A stretch of DNA of 64,000 nt from IMG/VR virus record IMGVR_UViG_3300009093_000009; one strand, written 5' to 3'. Of the stretch, positions 8,559 through 17,342 are shown one piece after another; positions within the stretch are counted from its first letter, which is position 1; each line of letters begins with the position of its first letter. The position numbers and the translations under genes are program-made. Below the pieces are notes generated by a model. The model did not search any database, was not told the origin of the DNA, and saw nothing but the letters and a program-made list of their open reading frames with translations. Source of the stretch: a virus.

Positions 8559-8611
8559 ATGCGCAAATCCCTGTCGATCCCTGAGCAGCGGATGCCGCCA
8601 CCGGGCTACTG

Positions 8612-9013
8612 CTACGGGTCGTTCGTATCCGTAGCCCCGCCCATGTACGCCAGCCCGTCCCTGAGAAGCATCTGGCGCTCGCTCTCCGTCATCTGCTCGA
8701 AGTCCGCTCCCTTTGCCGCCGCCATCACCCCGACGATTTCCATCATGCGAAGCATCAGTTCGGGTACGCCTTCGTCCTCGATGATTTTCAGGCTTCGGCT
8801 TGCCCGATCCCGCGATAGCGGGGACTGCGCCATCTCCAGTATTTGCAGAACCGATCCCGTCACCAGCGACCCTGGTAATCCAAGGTTGAGTGTAAGATGC
8901 AGCATCGTTGCAGCCACTATCGATAGGGATTGCCAGTTGGACAGCATCTGCGGGTCGATGCCGCCGAATATCTCCTGCGGAGTTCCTTCCACATGGTCGC
9001 GCCTCAAATTCAT
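8612..9013 (-). CDS. Hypothetical protein
   Basis: Start at MNLRR behind an ACAGGAGA RBS. Sits between the helicase and the small Zn-ribbon ORF. Confidence 0.55.
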   Translation of the reverse strand: MNLRRDHVEGTPQEIFGGIDPQMLSNWQSLSIVAATMLHLTLNLGLPGSLVTGSVLQILEMAQSPLSRDRASRSLKIIEDEGVPELMLRMMEIVGVMAAAKGADFEQMTESERQMLLRDGLAYMGGATDTNDP

Positions 9014-9051
9014 TCTCCTGTTCCATACCAACATCGACAGATGTGTCCAGC

Positions 9052-10671
9052 TTACCAGCGATCTTCATTTCGGAGGCTTGCTCCTTCCCGTATCTGCTGG
9101 AACCGATCCAGCGTGCGGGTACACATGACATATTGCAATGCGCGGTGTTGAGCGATCTCATCGGGAGTGGACCCGCGTACCCCTATTATATCCGCTTCCT
9201 CCACGATGACGTGCGGGAACTCCGATCCTTTTGCCTTATGGCCCGTCATACACTGGACGGCCTTGCCGTGAGCATCGCCATCATCCTTGAAAGTATCTAG
9301 AATGACGCGCCCGAAGGCGTGAGTGGTCCTGCATCCCTTCTCGACGGCTCCCTGATAGAAGCAGAGCAGGCTGCTGGCACGCTCACGCGCTTCCTTGACG
9401 TACTCTTCCGGGTTGTGCGTGTGAACGCGCCGCAGGATGACTTCCTGCTGCTGGACCCACGCCTGAAGGTGCAGCGGCAGTTCATCGAACCGGAACCCAT
9501 CGATGGCGGCAAGCTGCCCGACCAGGGCCAGCATATCGCGGCTGATGTCGGTGCCTTTGACGATGGCCGGGATGCCGTGTCGCAGCAGGAAAAGCGCCCA
9601 ACGAATTGCCTGTACGTTTGTTCTGCATATGATGGCCGATCCTGGACCAACGCTCTCCAGAATGTCCATCATATCCACTACTTCGTTGCAGCCCTGAATA
9701 GCGGAAGGTGCTATCTGAAGATCTGGAACCCACTGCCGCGCCAGAGAGAGCACGGCTTTCGGCAGCCGGAAGGATACGCGCATCGGGCATAGGTCGGCAT
9801 CGAAGTGCTTTACCAGCCTTCCAAACATATCGGGATAGGCTCCCCTGAAGAACATAATGGCCTGTGCGGGGTCGCCTACCAACAGCAGGGAAGCATCTGG
9901 CCCAAGGCATCGCTCCCATACCATCCTTTCGGTCGGCGTACTGTCCTGGACTTCATCGATGGCGATGCCCGTGTTCTTGTAGGCATAGGTCTGCAAGCCG
10001 TCGAAGTTGGCGACGGCCCAGGCCAGATCGGAGAACTCGTACCCGTCGGCGATCCGATACCGGCACCCTTCTTCGCCATCGTGATAGGCTCTGGCTTCGC
10101 TCTCGTTGAAGCCCTTGGCGCACCATCGCATGACCTTGGCAAGCTGCCCCTCCAAGAACGCTGCGTCCGATGGCTCTCTGACGAACCTCCGCGCCGTAAC
10201 CAGCACCTTCCCGATGTCGCGCCAGGGCAGAGAGTGGGACTGCACCAGATCGACTACCTTCAGGAAGTCATCGATGCCTGCGTTCTGCTCCTGCGTGAAC
10301 AGCTTCACGTCATCGACGCCATAGAACTCCCGCGCCGCCCAGGTCACAAAGCGCCTGTGACGCCTCCCGTCCTGATGCTGCCAATTCCCGGCGTTACGAT
10401 GCCACTTACGAGCGAGAAGTTTCCAGCACAAGCTATGCGTCGTGCTGATACCTTCGTAGTCTCCTATCGTGGCCTTCATGCTGTTGGAGTTGTACTTGGA
10501 GAAGCAGAGCATCCGATACTCTTTTGCGTTGGAGCCAAGGCGACCGTAGAGTTCCTTCATCATCGTGGTCTTGCCGCTCCCTGGATACCCGACCCAGGCG
10601 ACGGTGTTGCCATTGCCGACGAGAGAAGCATCGAGCGCGGCTTCCTGCTCACCCGTTAGTATCATCGACAT
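9052..10671 (-). CDS. SF1 (UvrD/RecD-like) DNA helicase
   Basis: Walker A GYPGSGKTT, Walker B IAIDEVQD, LVGDPAQAI, and C-terminal TGHKAKGSEFPHVIV (UvrD_C-like). Confidence 0.85.
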   Translation of the reverse strand: MSMILTGEQEAALDASLVGNGNTVAWVGYPGSGKTTMMKELYGRLGSNAKEYRMLCFSKYNSNSMKATIGDYEGISTTHSLCWKLLARKWHRNAGNWQHQDGRRHRRFVTWAAREFYGVDDVKLFTQEQNAGIDDFLKVVDLVQSHSLPWRDIGKVLVTARRFVREPSDAAFLEGQLAKVMRWCAKGFNESEARAYHDGEEGCRYRIADGYEFSDLAWAVANFDGLQTYAYKNTGIAIDEVQDSTPTERMVWERCLGPDASLLLVGDPAQAIMFFRGAYPDMFGRLVKHFDADLCPMRVSFRLPKAVLSLARQWVPDLQIAPSAIQGCNEVVDMMDILESVGPGSAIICRTNVQAIRWALFLLRHGIPAIVKGTDISRDMLALVGQLAAIDGFRFDELPLHLQAWVQQQEVILRRVHTHNPEEYVKEARERASSLLCFYQGAVEKGCRTTHAFGRVILDTFKDDGDAHGKAVQCMTGHKAKGSEFPHVIVEEADIIGVRGSTPDEIAQHRALQYVMCTRTLDRFQQIREGASLRNEDRW

Positions 10672-11137
10672 CCGTGGCGGCTCCCTTCTCGGCTACCATC
10701 TTATCGTAGAGTGCTTCGGAAAGCGTGATCATTCGCTTTCGTATCGCTTCTTCCTGCCGTAAGAATTCCGCGGCGGCTTCCTTATGACGGTCGTACTCTT
10801 CCTTTTGCATGGCCTGCACTTCGATCAGTTCGGAGTGAGTAGCTTTGTCAGAGATACCGAGTGCATGGAAGTCAGCGGTATCGCCGGTTTCCAGAACGGC
10901 CTGATAGCTTTTCCATCTGGACTTACTCTGCCTCTTACCGACGATCTTGACGACCCATCCATGGTAACGATCAACTGCTTCGATGACAGGCACGACTACG
11001 GCGGCATCGACCTTCTTTCTGATGGCGGCAAGGCTTGTGGCCGTAAGAACTTGTCCCGATACATGGGCCTCAAACTTGCCATTCTCCAGCAGGAATATCT
11101 GCTGGCCTTTATAGTCATCCAGCCTGGTTTTTGTCAT
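10649..11137 (-). CDS. Hypothetical protein
   Basis: Start at MTKTRL behind an AAGGAGAG RBS. Confidence 0.55.
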   Translation of the reverse strand: MTKTRLDDYKGQQIFLLENGKFEAHVSGQVLTATSLAAIRKKVDAAVVVPVIEAVDRYHGWVVKIVGKRQSKSRWKSYQAVLETGDTADFHALGISDKATHSELIEVQAMQKEEYDRHKEAAAEFLRQEEAIRKRMITLSEALYDKMVAEKGAATDVDDTNG

Positions 11138-11393
11138 CGGGTTTCTCTCCTTCTTTCGATGCCTTGCGCTGTTCCTGATCGACACGCAGCTTCATCTTAC
11201 AGGTTATTAGTGTCGCCAGTTCAACGGCGGTATCGACGTTCTTGCCCTGGTCCACGGCCTTCATCGACATATCGATAATCAGGTTCGTGCCGATGGTTTC
11301 CAGGGCCGCTTCGCCCTTCAGGACCATCGAGACGCCTTCTTCGACCAGCTTGTCGATATGCGCCAATACTTCGGCTTTCTCAATATCTGTCAT
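11115..11393 (-). CDS. Hypothetical protein
   Basis: Start at MTDIEK with an ATGA overlap to the upstream gene. Confidence 0.5.
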   Translation of the reverse strand: MTDIEKAEVLAHIDKLVEEGVSMVLKGEAALETIGTNLIIDMSMKAVDQGKNVDTAVELATLITCKMKLRVDQEQRKASKEGEKPDDKNQAG

Positions 11394-11629
11394 TATTCCG
11401 TCCTTTCGATAGACCATGTTTCATGATGCTTCAGTTCTGGTAGGCATCGTGTAAAGCCCAACTGAGCCAGTTCTACGTGCAGACGCTCGACGTTATCGAA
11501 GATACGAACCTGGAACTGCACCTTCATCACACTCTCGGGGGCATCCGTTGGGCCATCGTGCAGGTAGTATCTAGTGGGCATCTGGTTTGCAAGGCGAAGC
11601 ACAATACGCTCAAACCTTGTGATGGTCAT
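11393..11629 (-). CDS. Hypothetical protein
   Basis: 78-aa ORF in the coupled array. Confidence 0.5.
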   Translation of the reverse strand: MTITRFERIVLRLANQMPTRYYLHDGPTDAPESVMKVQFQVRIFDNVERLHVELAQLGFTRCLPELKHHETWSIERTE

Positions 11630-11762
11630 GCTTCTTGACCTTCTTTCTGTGCCTGGGCCGGATAAACTCTCTAGGGTAATGCTCCTTTCGGTTGAGCATC
11701 ATCACGAAGGCGTACCGCTTCTTTAGCTCAGGCAGAGATGGAAGCTTGTGGTGGTGGCTCAT
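11610..11762 (-). CDS. Small basic protein
   Basis: Start at MSHHHK with an ATGA overlap to the upstream stop. Lys/Arg/His-rich. Confidence 0.4.
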   Translation of the reverse strand: MSHHHKLPSLPELKKRYAFVMMLNRKEHYPREFIRPRHRKKVKKHDHHKV

Positions 11763-11956
11763 TTTGCGTTCTCCAGGTAAGTCTCCAACACTTTTTGGAG
11801 AGCATCGATGATTGTGCATCCCTGTTCACGATAGACATGGTAAAGCCCGACACAGCACCGCTTGACCAGCGGTGTGCCATCTGGTAGGTACTGCATCGCT
11901 TCTTCGTCTGTCGTTGGTGTCTTGCCCATTTCCATCAGCTTCATTCGCTGTCCCAC
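11759..11956 (-). CDS. Hypothetical protein
   Basis: 65-aa ORF in the coupled array. Confidence 0.5.
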   Translation of the reverse strand: MGQRMKLMEMGKTPTTDEEAMQYLPDGTPLVKRCCVGLYHVYREQGCTIIDALQKVLETYLENAK

Positions 11957-12219
11957 TCTTCGACAAGGCCAACTATGTCTTCGTAGTTCATCGATATGGC
12001 CTTCAGGGTAGCCTTGGCTTCCTTCTCTCGCTCGACAGCTTCATCCCACAGCCTTTGCATCCGAATGGTTTCGACGTGCTCTCGCACCATATCGGAGAGA
12101 ACCGAAGGCTCCAGGGCATCTAGTTCCCAACTCTCATCGCCGTAAAGCGCGGAGTATCCGGTGAAGCGGCAGTCGGTATCCTTGGCAGGGTTGGGAGGCG
12201 GGCCGTACTCGTTGACCAT
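11941..12219 (-). CDS. C-terminal segment of the Spo11/TopoVI-A-like protein (separate frame)
   Basis: MVNEYGPPPNPAKDTDCRFTGY...SWELDALEP reads as a continuation of the upstream ORF after a +1 shift. No RBS before its ATG. Confidence 0.55.
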   Translation of the reverse strand: MVNEYGPPPNPAKDTDCRFTGYSALYGDESWELDALEPSVLSDMVREHVETIRMQRLWDEAVEREKEAKATLKAISMNYEDIVGLVEEWDSE

Positions 12220-12850
12220 GATCCATCGTGAGCGCCAGACGCTCGACTATCGTGGAGGTATAGAAAGTGCTCAGGCGATCCTGAATATCGCGGGTCATAT
12301 CGATCCCGGATGGATCATGGTCGCCAAAGTGCAGTACCGTCACGCTTTGGTGAGACTTTTCGTACCTGATATGACGCTGCGCTGCCGCCCACATTTCCGA
12401 TTGGCTGGTATAGCCACGGCAGGCGAACCAGGGAACATCCAACTCAGAACAGATGCGCTCGAACACCCCGGCCAAGGCGTCCTTTTCGATCCACACTTCC
12501 ACACGGCGCGGCTGGTCTATCCACTTATCGAACTGGAAGGACGCAGCGCAGGCGTCGATGATCGCTTCAGGACTTCTCCAGTGACTGTTCTGCCGCAGGT
12601 TACGGGTACGGTCGGTGATGGCATCCCAATCGATCAGGCCAGCCAGCCGTGCATCGTTGATAATGGAGCCAAGGCGCTTGTACTCGCTTTGCTTGTTGGC
12701 TATCAGGTCACGGCTCACGAACTGATAGTAAAGCTGCCTGAGCGTCAGGTCGTATCCCTGCCGCGAATATTCGCTGATGATCGCGTTGGCTTTATGGATG
12801 ATTGATACGGAGCCAGCGCCGAACTTCTTTGGCACGTAGCATCGCTTCAT
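12134..12850 (-). CDS. Spo11/TopoVI-A-like protein (winged helix + Toprim), N-terminal and core part
   Basis: LTLRQLYYQFVS matches the WH catalytic-Tyr context. VEVWIEKDAL gives the Toprim Glu and HFGDHDPSGIDM the Toprim DxD. The last ~28 codons are Arg-rich junk overlapping the next ORF. Confidence 0.65.
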   Translation of the reverse strand: MKRCYVPKKFGAGSVSIIHKANAIISEYSRQGYDLTLRQLYYQFVSRDLIANKQSEYKRLGSIINDARLAGLIDWDAITDRTRNLRQNSHWRSPEAIIDACAASFQFDKWIDQPRRVEVWIEKDALAGVFERICSELDVPWFACRGYTSQSEMWAAAQRHIRYEKSHQSVTVLHFGDHDPSGIDMTRDIQDRLSTFYTSTIVERLALTMDHGQRVRPASQPCQGYRLPLHRILRALRR

Positions 12851-13419
12851 TGGCCTTTTCCTGTACCCACATCGACGGATGTGTCTCTCGCAGCAGCCGC
12901 CAGTTCGCGGGCCTGCGCTTCGGCCTGGGCAAGTTCGCGCACTCCTGGCCGATCTTCGGGCCATTCCAGGTGCCAATTACGACACAGCGCGGCAAGGTTA
13001 TCCCGATAAAGCCTGCGAAACATTTCCAGTTTTTCAGGAGCAAGATTATCGGAGGGGAAAGCCTGATCCGCCTTAATGGCCGCGACATCGTGCGCGTTCT
13101 GCGCCTGCATCAAAAACTCGCCATTGCATTGAGAAAACCACTCGATTGCCTCCAGGCAGTAAGTATGCTCGGACGTATCCATAATTGCATTGATATTTCT
13201 GTCACTGATACCAAGTGCCTTAATCTTCTCGACCATAGCCAGAGGCATGTTACGCCCGATACCGCATCGATGGCCTTCCGGCGATAGATACAGGCAGCCT
13301 GGCGTGCCGTTCCTTCTCATGCCATAGGAAGGCGGCTGCCGCTCCAGCAGGTAGCCTTTGTAGTTATCATCCACGATGCTCTGATGCGTGGGCTTCGTGT
13401 TGCTATTCTCCGATGACAT
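12847..13419 (-). CDS. Hypothetical protein
   Basis: 190-aa ORF with an ATGA overlap to the downstream gene. Confidence 0.6.
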   Translation of the reverse strand: MSSENSNTKPTHQSIVDDNYKGYLLERQPPSYGMRRNGTPGCLYLSPEGHRCGIGRNMPLAMVEKIKALGISDRNINAIMDTSEHTYCLEAIEWFSQCNGEFLMQAQNAHDVAAIKADQAFPSDNLAPEKLEMFRRLYRDNLAALCRNWHLEWPEDRPGVRELAQAEAQARELAAAARDTSVDVGTGKGQ

Positions 13420-14047
13420 CGCGCTCTATCCTTTCTCTGCCCTTGTCGGTAATCGCGATAATGTAGCGGCCCGGCTTCTCGATGTCTCCCGTGTCTTTCA
13501 TTTGGCAGAGCCTGGAAGTTAGCCATCGCGACCAATTCATGCAGTCGCCTCGGGAATTCAGCGATAGCTCAAACTCGTTAAAGCTGCCTCTAAACCTCGC
13601 CTTGTATTCACGGTTCACGGCCTCGGAAGTCATCTCTCCTGACTTGCTGTTGTAAAGCAGTTCCAGGATAAATTCCTCGGCCTCTCGCACCGATACCGTG
13701 CTGGAACACTTCCCAGGCTTTGACAACTCCTTAGGTGGCCTGACAGTGATACTGGCTGCGGAATATGCCTCCCGCACAAGCTGCTTCACGGTCTTGTCCA
13801 GCACGGCCTGCGGCTGGCCCTGTACCGGATGTACCTGCTTTCGCCAGTCCTTCAGTATCTGCTCGATCTGCTTGGATGCCGAAGCGGAATATTCCGCGCT
13901 GCGAAACGCCGCCTGCGCGCCTTCCAGGTCATCATCGCGGAAGTGCTGCTGGATGCCCGCCGCGCTCTCTGCCGCAAGCAAGGCGAGCAGGGAAGACAAA
14001 TCGCAGAAGCCATGCACGATGCGCTCTTTGAGTGTTTCACTTTCCAT
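13403..14047 (-). CDS. Hypothetical protein (possible C-terminal winged-helix)
   Basis: 214-aa ORF in the coupled array. Confidence 0.6.
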   Translation of the reverse strand: MESETLKERIVHGFCDLSSLLALLAAESAAGIQQHFRDDDLEGAQAAFRSAEYSASASKQIEQILKDWRKQVHPVQGQPQAVLDKTVKQLVREAYSAASITVRPPKELSKPGKCSSTVSVREAEEFILELLYNSKSGEMTSEAVNREYKARFRGSFNEFELSLNSRGDCMNWSRWLTSRLCQMKDTGDIEKPGRYIIAITDKGRERIERDVIGE

Positions 14048-14408
14048 CGATCTTCTCCGCTTCTTCCAGCGCCTTACGCGCTTCGGCGGCTACCTGCTGA
14101 AGCGTCAGCCCGTCATTTTGATCATTGATACTGATGAGCGAAGGGCCGGTGAACGGTATGCCGAAGTAGGCGCGAACTTCCGGAGGCATGATGGAATATT
14201 CGCTATTAAAGCCTCCCATCCCAAAGGCATATACCGGGTCTGTCTCGTTGGTTAGCCTGTACCATTCGCCATTTCCGGTTTGTTGGCGGTACTGTTCGCA
14301 CAAAGCGCCTTCGATGCAGTAGCAGTTATCTACGCGCAGCCAGGCGACGGCTTTCTGAGTGTCCGATTTCTCGATGGCGGTAAGCGCATCGATCAGGCAT
14401 ACTTTCAT
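14037..14408 (-). CDS. Hypothetical protein
   Basis: Start at MKVCLID directly behind motif + CTGGAGGGAAAC RBS. Confidence 0.6.
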   Translation of the reverse strand: MKVCLIDALTAIEKSDTQKAVAWLRVDNCYCIEGALCEQYRQQTGNGEWYRLTNETDPVYAFGMGGFNSEYSIMPPEVRAYFGIPFTGPSLISINDQNDGLTLQQVAAEARKALEEAEKIDGK

Positions 14409-14422
14409 GTTTCCCTCCAGAA

Positions 14423-14440
14423 TGCGACCCACGGGTCGCA
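14423..14440. repeat. Palindromic motif copy 3
   Basis: TGCGACCCACGGGTCGCA, 14 nt upstream of the start at 14408. Confidence 0.95.
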
Positions 14441-14441
14441 T

Positions 14442-14546
14442 TCATCGACTTAGCACATCGAGCGTGCAGAACCAGTAGATCGTCCCGAAGATTGCGATGC
14501 CGCAGAGGAATATCAGGATCAGATCGGCGATGTCCTTGCGTGTCAT
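14442..14546 (-). CDS. Small membrane peptide (34 aa), tentative
   Basis: MTRKDIADLILIFLCGIAIFGTIYWFCTLDVLSR behind a GGGAGTAAG RBS. TAATG overlap with the HTH ORF. Confidence 0.3.
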   Translation of the reverse strand: MTRKDIADLILIFLCGIAIFGTIYWFCTLDVLSR

Positions 14547-14689
14547 TACCACTTACTCCCTTGGTATGCAATGATATGCTTATCGAAATTAGCAAGCCAT
14601 CTTCGGATTGTAGACTGAGACTTACCTGACTGTTTAGAGATTTTCTTCACAGATACTCCTGCCACGTATAAGTCGCGGGCTGCAATCAT
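14546..14689 (-). CDS. Small HTH protein (47 aa), tentative
   Basis: Hand translation gives MIAARDLYVAGVSVKKISKQSGKSQSTIRRWLANF..., a resolvase/terminase-type HTH. Below the ORF-track cutoff. Confidence 0.4.
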   Translation of the reverse strand: MIAARDLYVAGVSVKKISKQSGKSQSTIRRWLANFDKHIIAYQGSKW

Positions 14690-14702
14690 CGAGCATATCT
14701 TC

Positions 14703-14939
14703 TTAAATGATGTCGTTCGCATCGGGCCGCTCCTTCATCTTATCGATTTTGCCCTGTACTTCCAGGGCTTTCTGCAAGTACAGGGCGCGCTCGTTAAGAG
14801 CCTGGGCCAGCTTGCGTACCTTCTGACTCTCCTGATCGATGGCCTTCCATCGCTGTGCTATTTCAGCGCATACCATGTTCTGAGCAAGGCTATCTGCTAC
14901 CGCTTCATCGAATGCGGCTTTAAGTTGTTCACGGTTCAT
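14703..14939 (-). CDS. Small coiled-coil protein
   Basis: Start at MNREQLKA with an ATGA overlap to the upstream stop. Confidence 0.5.
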   Translation of the reverse strand: MNREQLKAAFDEAVADSLAQNMVCAEIAQRWKAIDQESQKVRKLAQALNERALYLQKALEVQGKIDKMKERPDANDII

Positions 14940-15457
14940 TTCCATCCGAACCTTTCTCGCCTGGCGGCGATGGCTTCCCTGATCTTCAGGATTTCGGGAT
15001 GGGTGTGTTCCGCCCTGGCCGCAGCTATCCAGGCGCGTGCCGTCTCCAGATCGGCTTCCGTCCTTATCCCGATGTCGATAAAGGCTTTCGTGCGCTGGAT
15101 GGCTTCCCAGGTCCACACAGGGCCTTCCTTAGCCCTGGCGGCGATACCGCATAGGCGTTCGCACGCGGCCTTATCCTTCAGGCCGTGAAGACACCCAGGC
15201 AAGGTTCCGTGCGACCAGCCTTCGACCGCCGTGATCACGATGGCGCGTAAACAATTGGCGCGATTTGCCGCGAGGGTATGCGCCCTTATTTGTGCGTAAT
15301 CGCTATTAGTGAAGGGCGTAACCTGCATGGCCCTGGTATGTCGGTAGACTTCGGCATCGATGGGCGGCAGCGACCGTTGCAGCCGATGCGCGATAGATGT
15401 GTCGCCTCCGTTCTCGCTTTCCAGGGCGAAGAAGGAAGGATTGGTTGTTAGTTCCAT
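14936..15457 (-). CDS. Hypothetical protein
   Basis: 173-aa ORF. Confidence 0.6.
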   Translation of the reverse strand: MELTTNPSFFALESENGGDTSIAHRLQRSLPPIDAEVYRHTRAMQVTPFTNSDYAQIRAHTLAANRANCLRAIVITAVEGWSHGTLPGCLHGLKDKAACERLCGIAARAKEGPVWTWEAIQRTKAFIDIGIRTEADLETARAWIAAARAEHTHPEILKIREAIAARRERFGWK

Positions 15458-15459
15458 CG

Positions 15460-15972
15460 CTACTCCTGTGGAAAGAACGTGCCGCCGTTCTCTATCATGC
15501 GGTCGATGATGCTAAGAGCACGCTTAGTAGGGCTTGCTACATGCCTGAATGCGTGTGCGGCTTCACAGCCTTCATCCGTAATCTGCCCGTCCTTATCCTT
15601 GGCGTATACAGAGTTCCCTTCAAAGGCGCATTCGGCATACGTAGCATCGACTCCGAAGACTTTTGTATTGAACTTCCTGATGGCATCGACTTCCGCGAAA
15701 CCGCTAAGGAAGCGGAAGTCGCCTCTATATGCCTTGCTATGAAAAATGCCAGCCACGAACATCACTCCCTGCATACATCCCTGGCAAACAGGCACGTTAT
15801 CACGGATATAATCCGCAAGATGGATTGGATCAATTTTTGAGAAGGCGGTATCGTACAGTTCCTGAATATGAAGCAGCCCAATGCCCCAATCTACCTGCAT
15901 AGCCCTGGCTTCTATGTCCTTCCTGGCGTGCGTCAGTATTGCGACCCGCTGCACGCGATTACGAATTGTCAT
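15460..15972 (-). CDS. Hypothetical protein
   Basis: 170-aa ORF. Confidence 0.6.
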   Translation of the reverse strand: MTIRNRVQRVAILTHARKDIEARAMQVDWGIGLLHIQELYDTAFSKIDPIHLADYIRDNVPVCQGCMQGVMFVAGIFHSKAYRGDFRFLSGFAEVDAIRKFNTKVFGVDATYAECAFEGNSVYAKDKDGQITDEGCEAAHAFRHVASPTKRALSIIDRMIENGGTFFPQE

Positions 15973-15973
15973 T

Positions 15974-16492
15974 TCATGCCCTACCTTTCATCTGCTCGAA
16001 CTCGATGGCTGCATCGGCATCGCGGTCGGCCTGAAGCTCGCTGTACTCCTTCAGTATGTCGCGCCTGTCTTTATCGGGCAGCGCCATGAGAGCGGACTTG
16101 GCAGTCTGGATGTTAAGCTGGCGACGATATTCCGCGTGCCGCGTTTCGTATTCGAGGATAACACCGCTGTTCAGCAGCCACTCGCGGAACACATCATAGA
16201 CATCCTGCCAATCGCCATAGACCTGACGAAACGGGCTGGAATGGTCCCGGATGAATTCAATCTGGCGGCTGATGGTGGAGAACCATTCAGCGTAAAAGCC
16301 ATCGATATTGTAGTGGGCGATGTGACCCATGTACAGGCTCAGGTGGTGATACATGCGCTTAGTGAAGCAGTTGCGCTGACATCCCCGAATTAAGAACCAG
16401 CAGAGCGCGTTTATGAACGCGGCCTTCTCGCTGGCGGGATCGTGTTCCGTATCGATAAATTGTTCTTTGGTGAAAATGGGTGACTTAATCAT
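15974..16492 (-). CDS. Hypothetical protein
   Basis: 172-aa ORF. Confidence 0.6.
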   Translation of the reverse strand: MIKSPIFTKEQFIDTEHDPASEKAAFINALCWFLIRGCQRNCFTKRMYHHLSLYMGHIAHYNIDGFYAEWFSTISRQIEFIRDHSSPFRQVYGDWQDVYDVFREWLLNSGVILEYETRHAEYRRQLNIQTAKSALMALPDKDRRDILKEYSELQADRDADAAIEFEQMKGRA

Positions 16493-16780
16493 CGTCCTGA
16501 ATTCTCCCTGTCTCGCTTTACCGCAAGAGCCTTATCGTATTCTTCGCCATAGATGGCCGTATCTTGCTCCGTCCACTCGATGTCGTCTCTCCAGGTGCCG
16601 GGGTTTTTCGCCCATCCGTAGGCTACATGATCCTATGCCTTATTCGCGATTTCCTGACGACTATATCTCCGTTTTTGCATCATGGGTTTCCATTGGATAG
16701 TTCAGGCGCAAGAGCGATAGATGTGTACCCTTGCGCCTGCCGAGTGTTACTTTATCGGCTTCGTGGGAGGCTGTTACTGC

Positions 16781-17251
16781 TCAGTCGTCCGCGAAAGGAT
16801 CGCTTTCATCGATGTCATCCGATGGAGCGGGAGCCTGTGCGCGTCGCGCTGGCGCGGGATTAGGGCGCGTGCCACTTACGGGAGTTTCCGTATCCGTTGC
16901 CGCCGCCTCCTGGCCTGCGTCATCGGGCTTCTTATCCAGCCCCTGGATGTCATCGGCCACGATTTCATAGACAGTGCGCTTCTGGCCTGTCGCCTGATCG
17001 ACCCAGGACCGTGATTGCAGGCGGCCATCGATAGATACGAGACGGCCCTTCTTCAGATAGTTCGTGGCGAACTCAGCGGTTTTGCGCCATGCCACGATGT
17101 TGAAGAAATCGACTTCGTACTCGCCCTGGTCGTTCTTGCTAAAGCGATTGACCGCGATACCAAGCTGTGCGACGGCGATGCCCTGTGGTGTAAACTTTCC
17201 TTCTGGGTCGCGGGTCAGCCTACCGATCAATGTTATTCTATTGAGTGACAT
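16781..17251 (-). CDS. ssb: Single-stranded DNA-binding protein
   Basis: MSLNRITLIGRLTRDPE...FFNIVAWRKTAEF...GRLQSRSW gives the OB fold. Pro/Ala-rich linker and acidic tail DESDPFADD. GAAGGAGAG RBS. Confidence 0.9.
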   Translation of the reverse strand: MSLNRITLIGRLTRDPEGKFTPQGIAVAQLGIAVNRFSKNDQGEYEVDFFNIVAWRKTAEFATNYLKKGRLVSIDGRLQSRSWVDQATGQKRTVYEIVADDIQGLDKKPDDAGQEAAATDTETPVSGTRPNPAPARRAQAPAPSDDIDESDPFADD

Positions 17252-17342
17252 TTTTCTCTCCTTCAAACGGGTGTCAAACGGGTGTCAGATCCTGAACAGC
17301 CAGCATATACCATCCAGTAGGCATCGGGAAACTCTGCGCTCA

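Noticed and set aside
8370-9161. 263-aa minus-strand ORF taken as a single gene
   Set aside because: Its upstream two-thirds overlaps the better 8612-9013 ORF and the helicase 3' end in another frame. Only the last 62 codons (a zinc-ribbon-like peptide) were kept, at low confidence.
9805-10659. 284-aa plus-strand ORF
   Set aside because: Antisense to the SF1 helicase gene, whose Walker A/B and UvrD_C motifs fix the coding strand.
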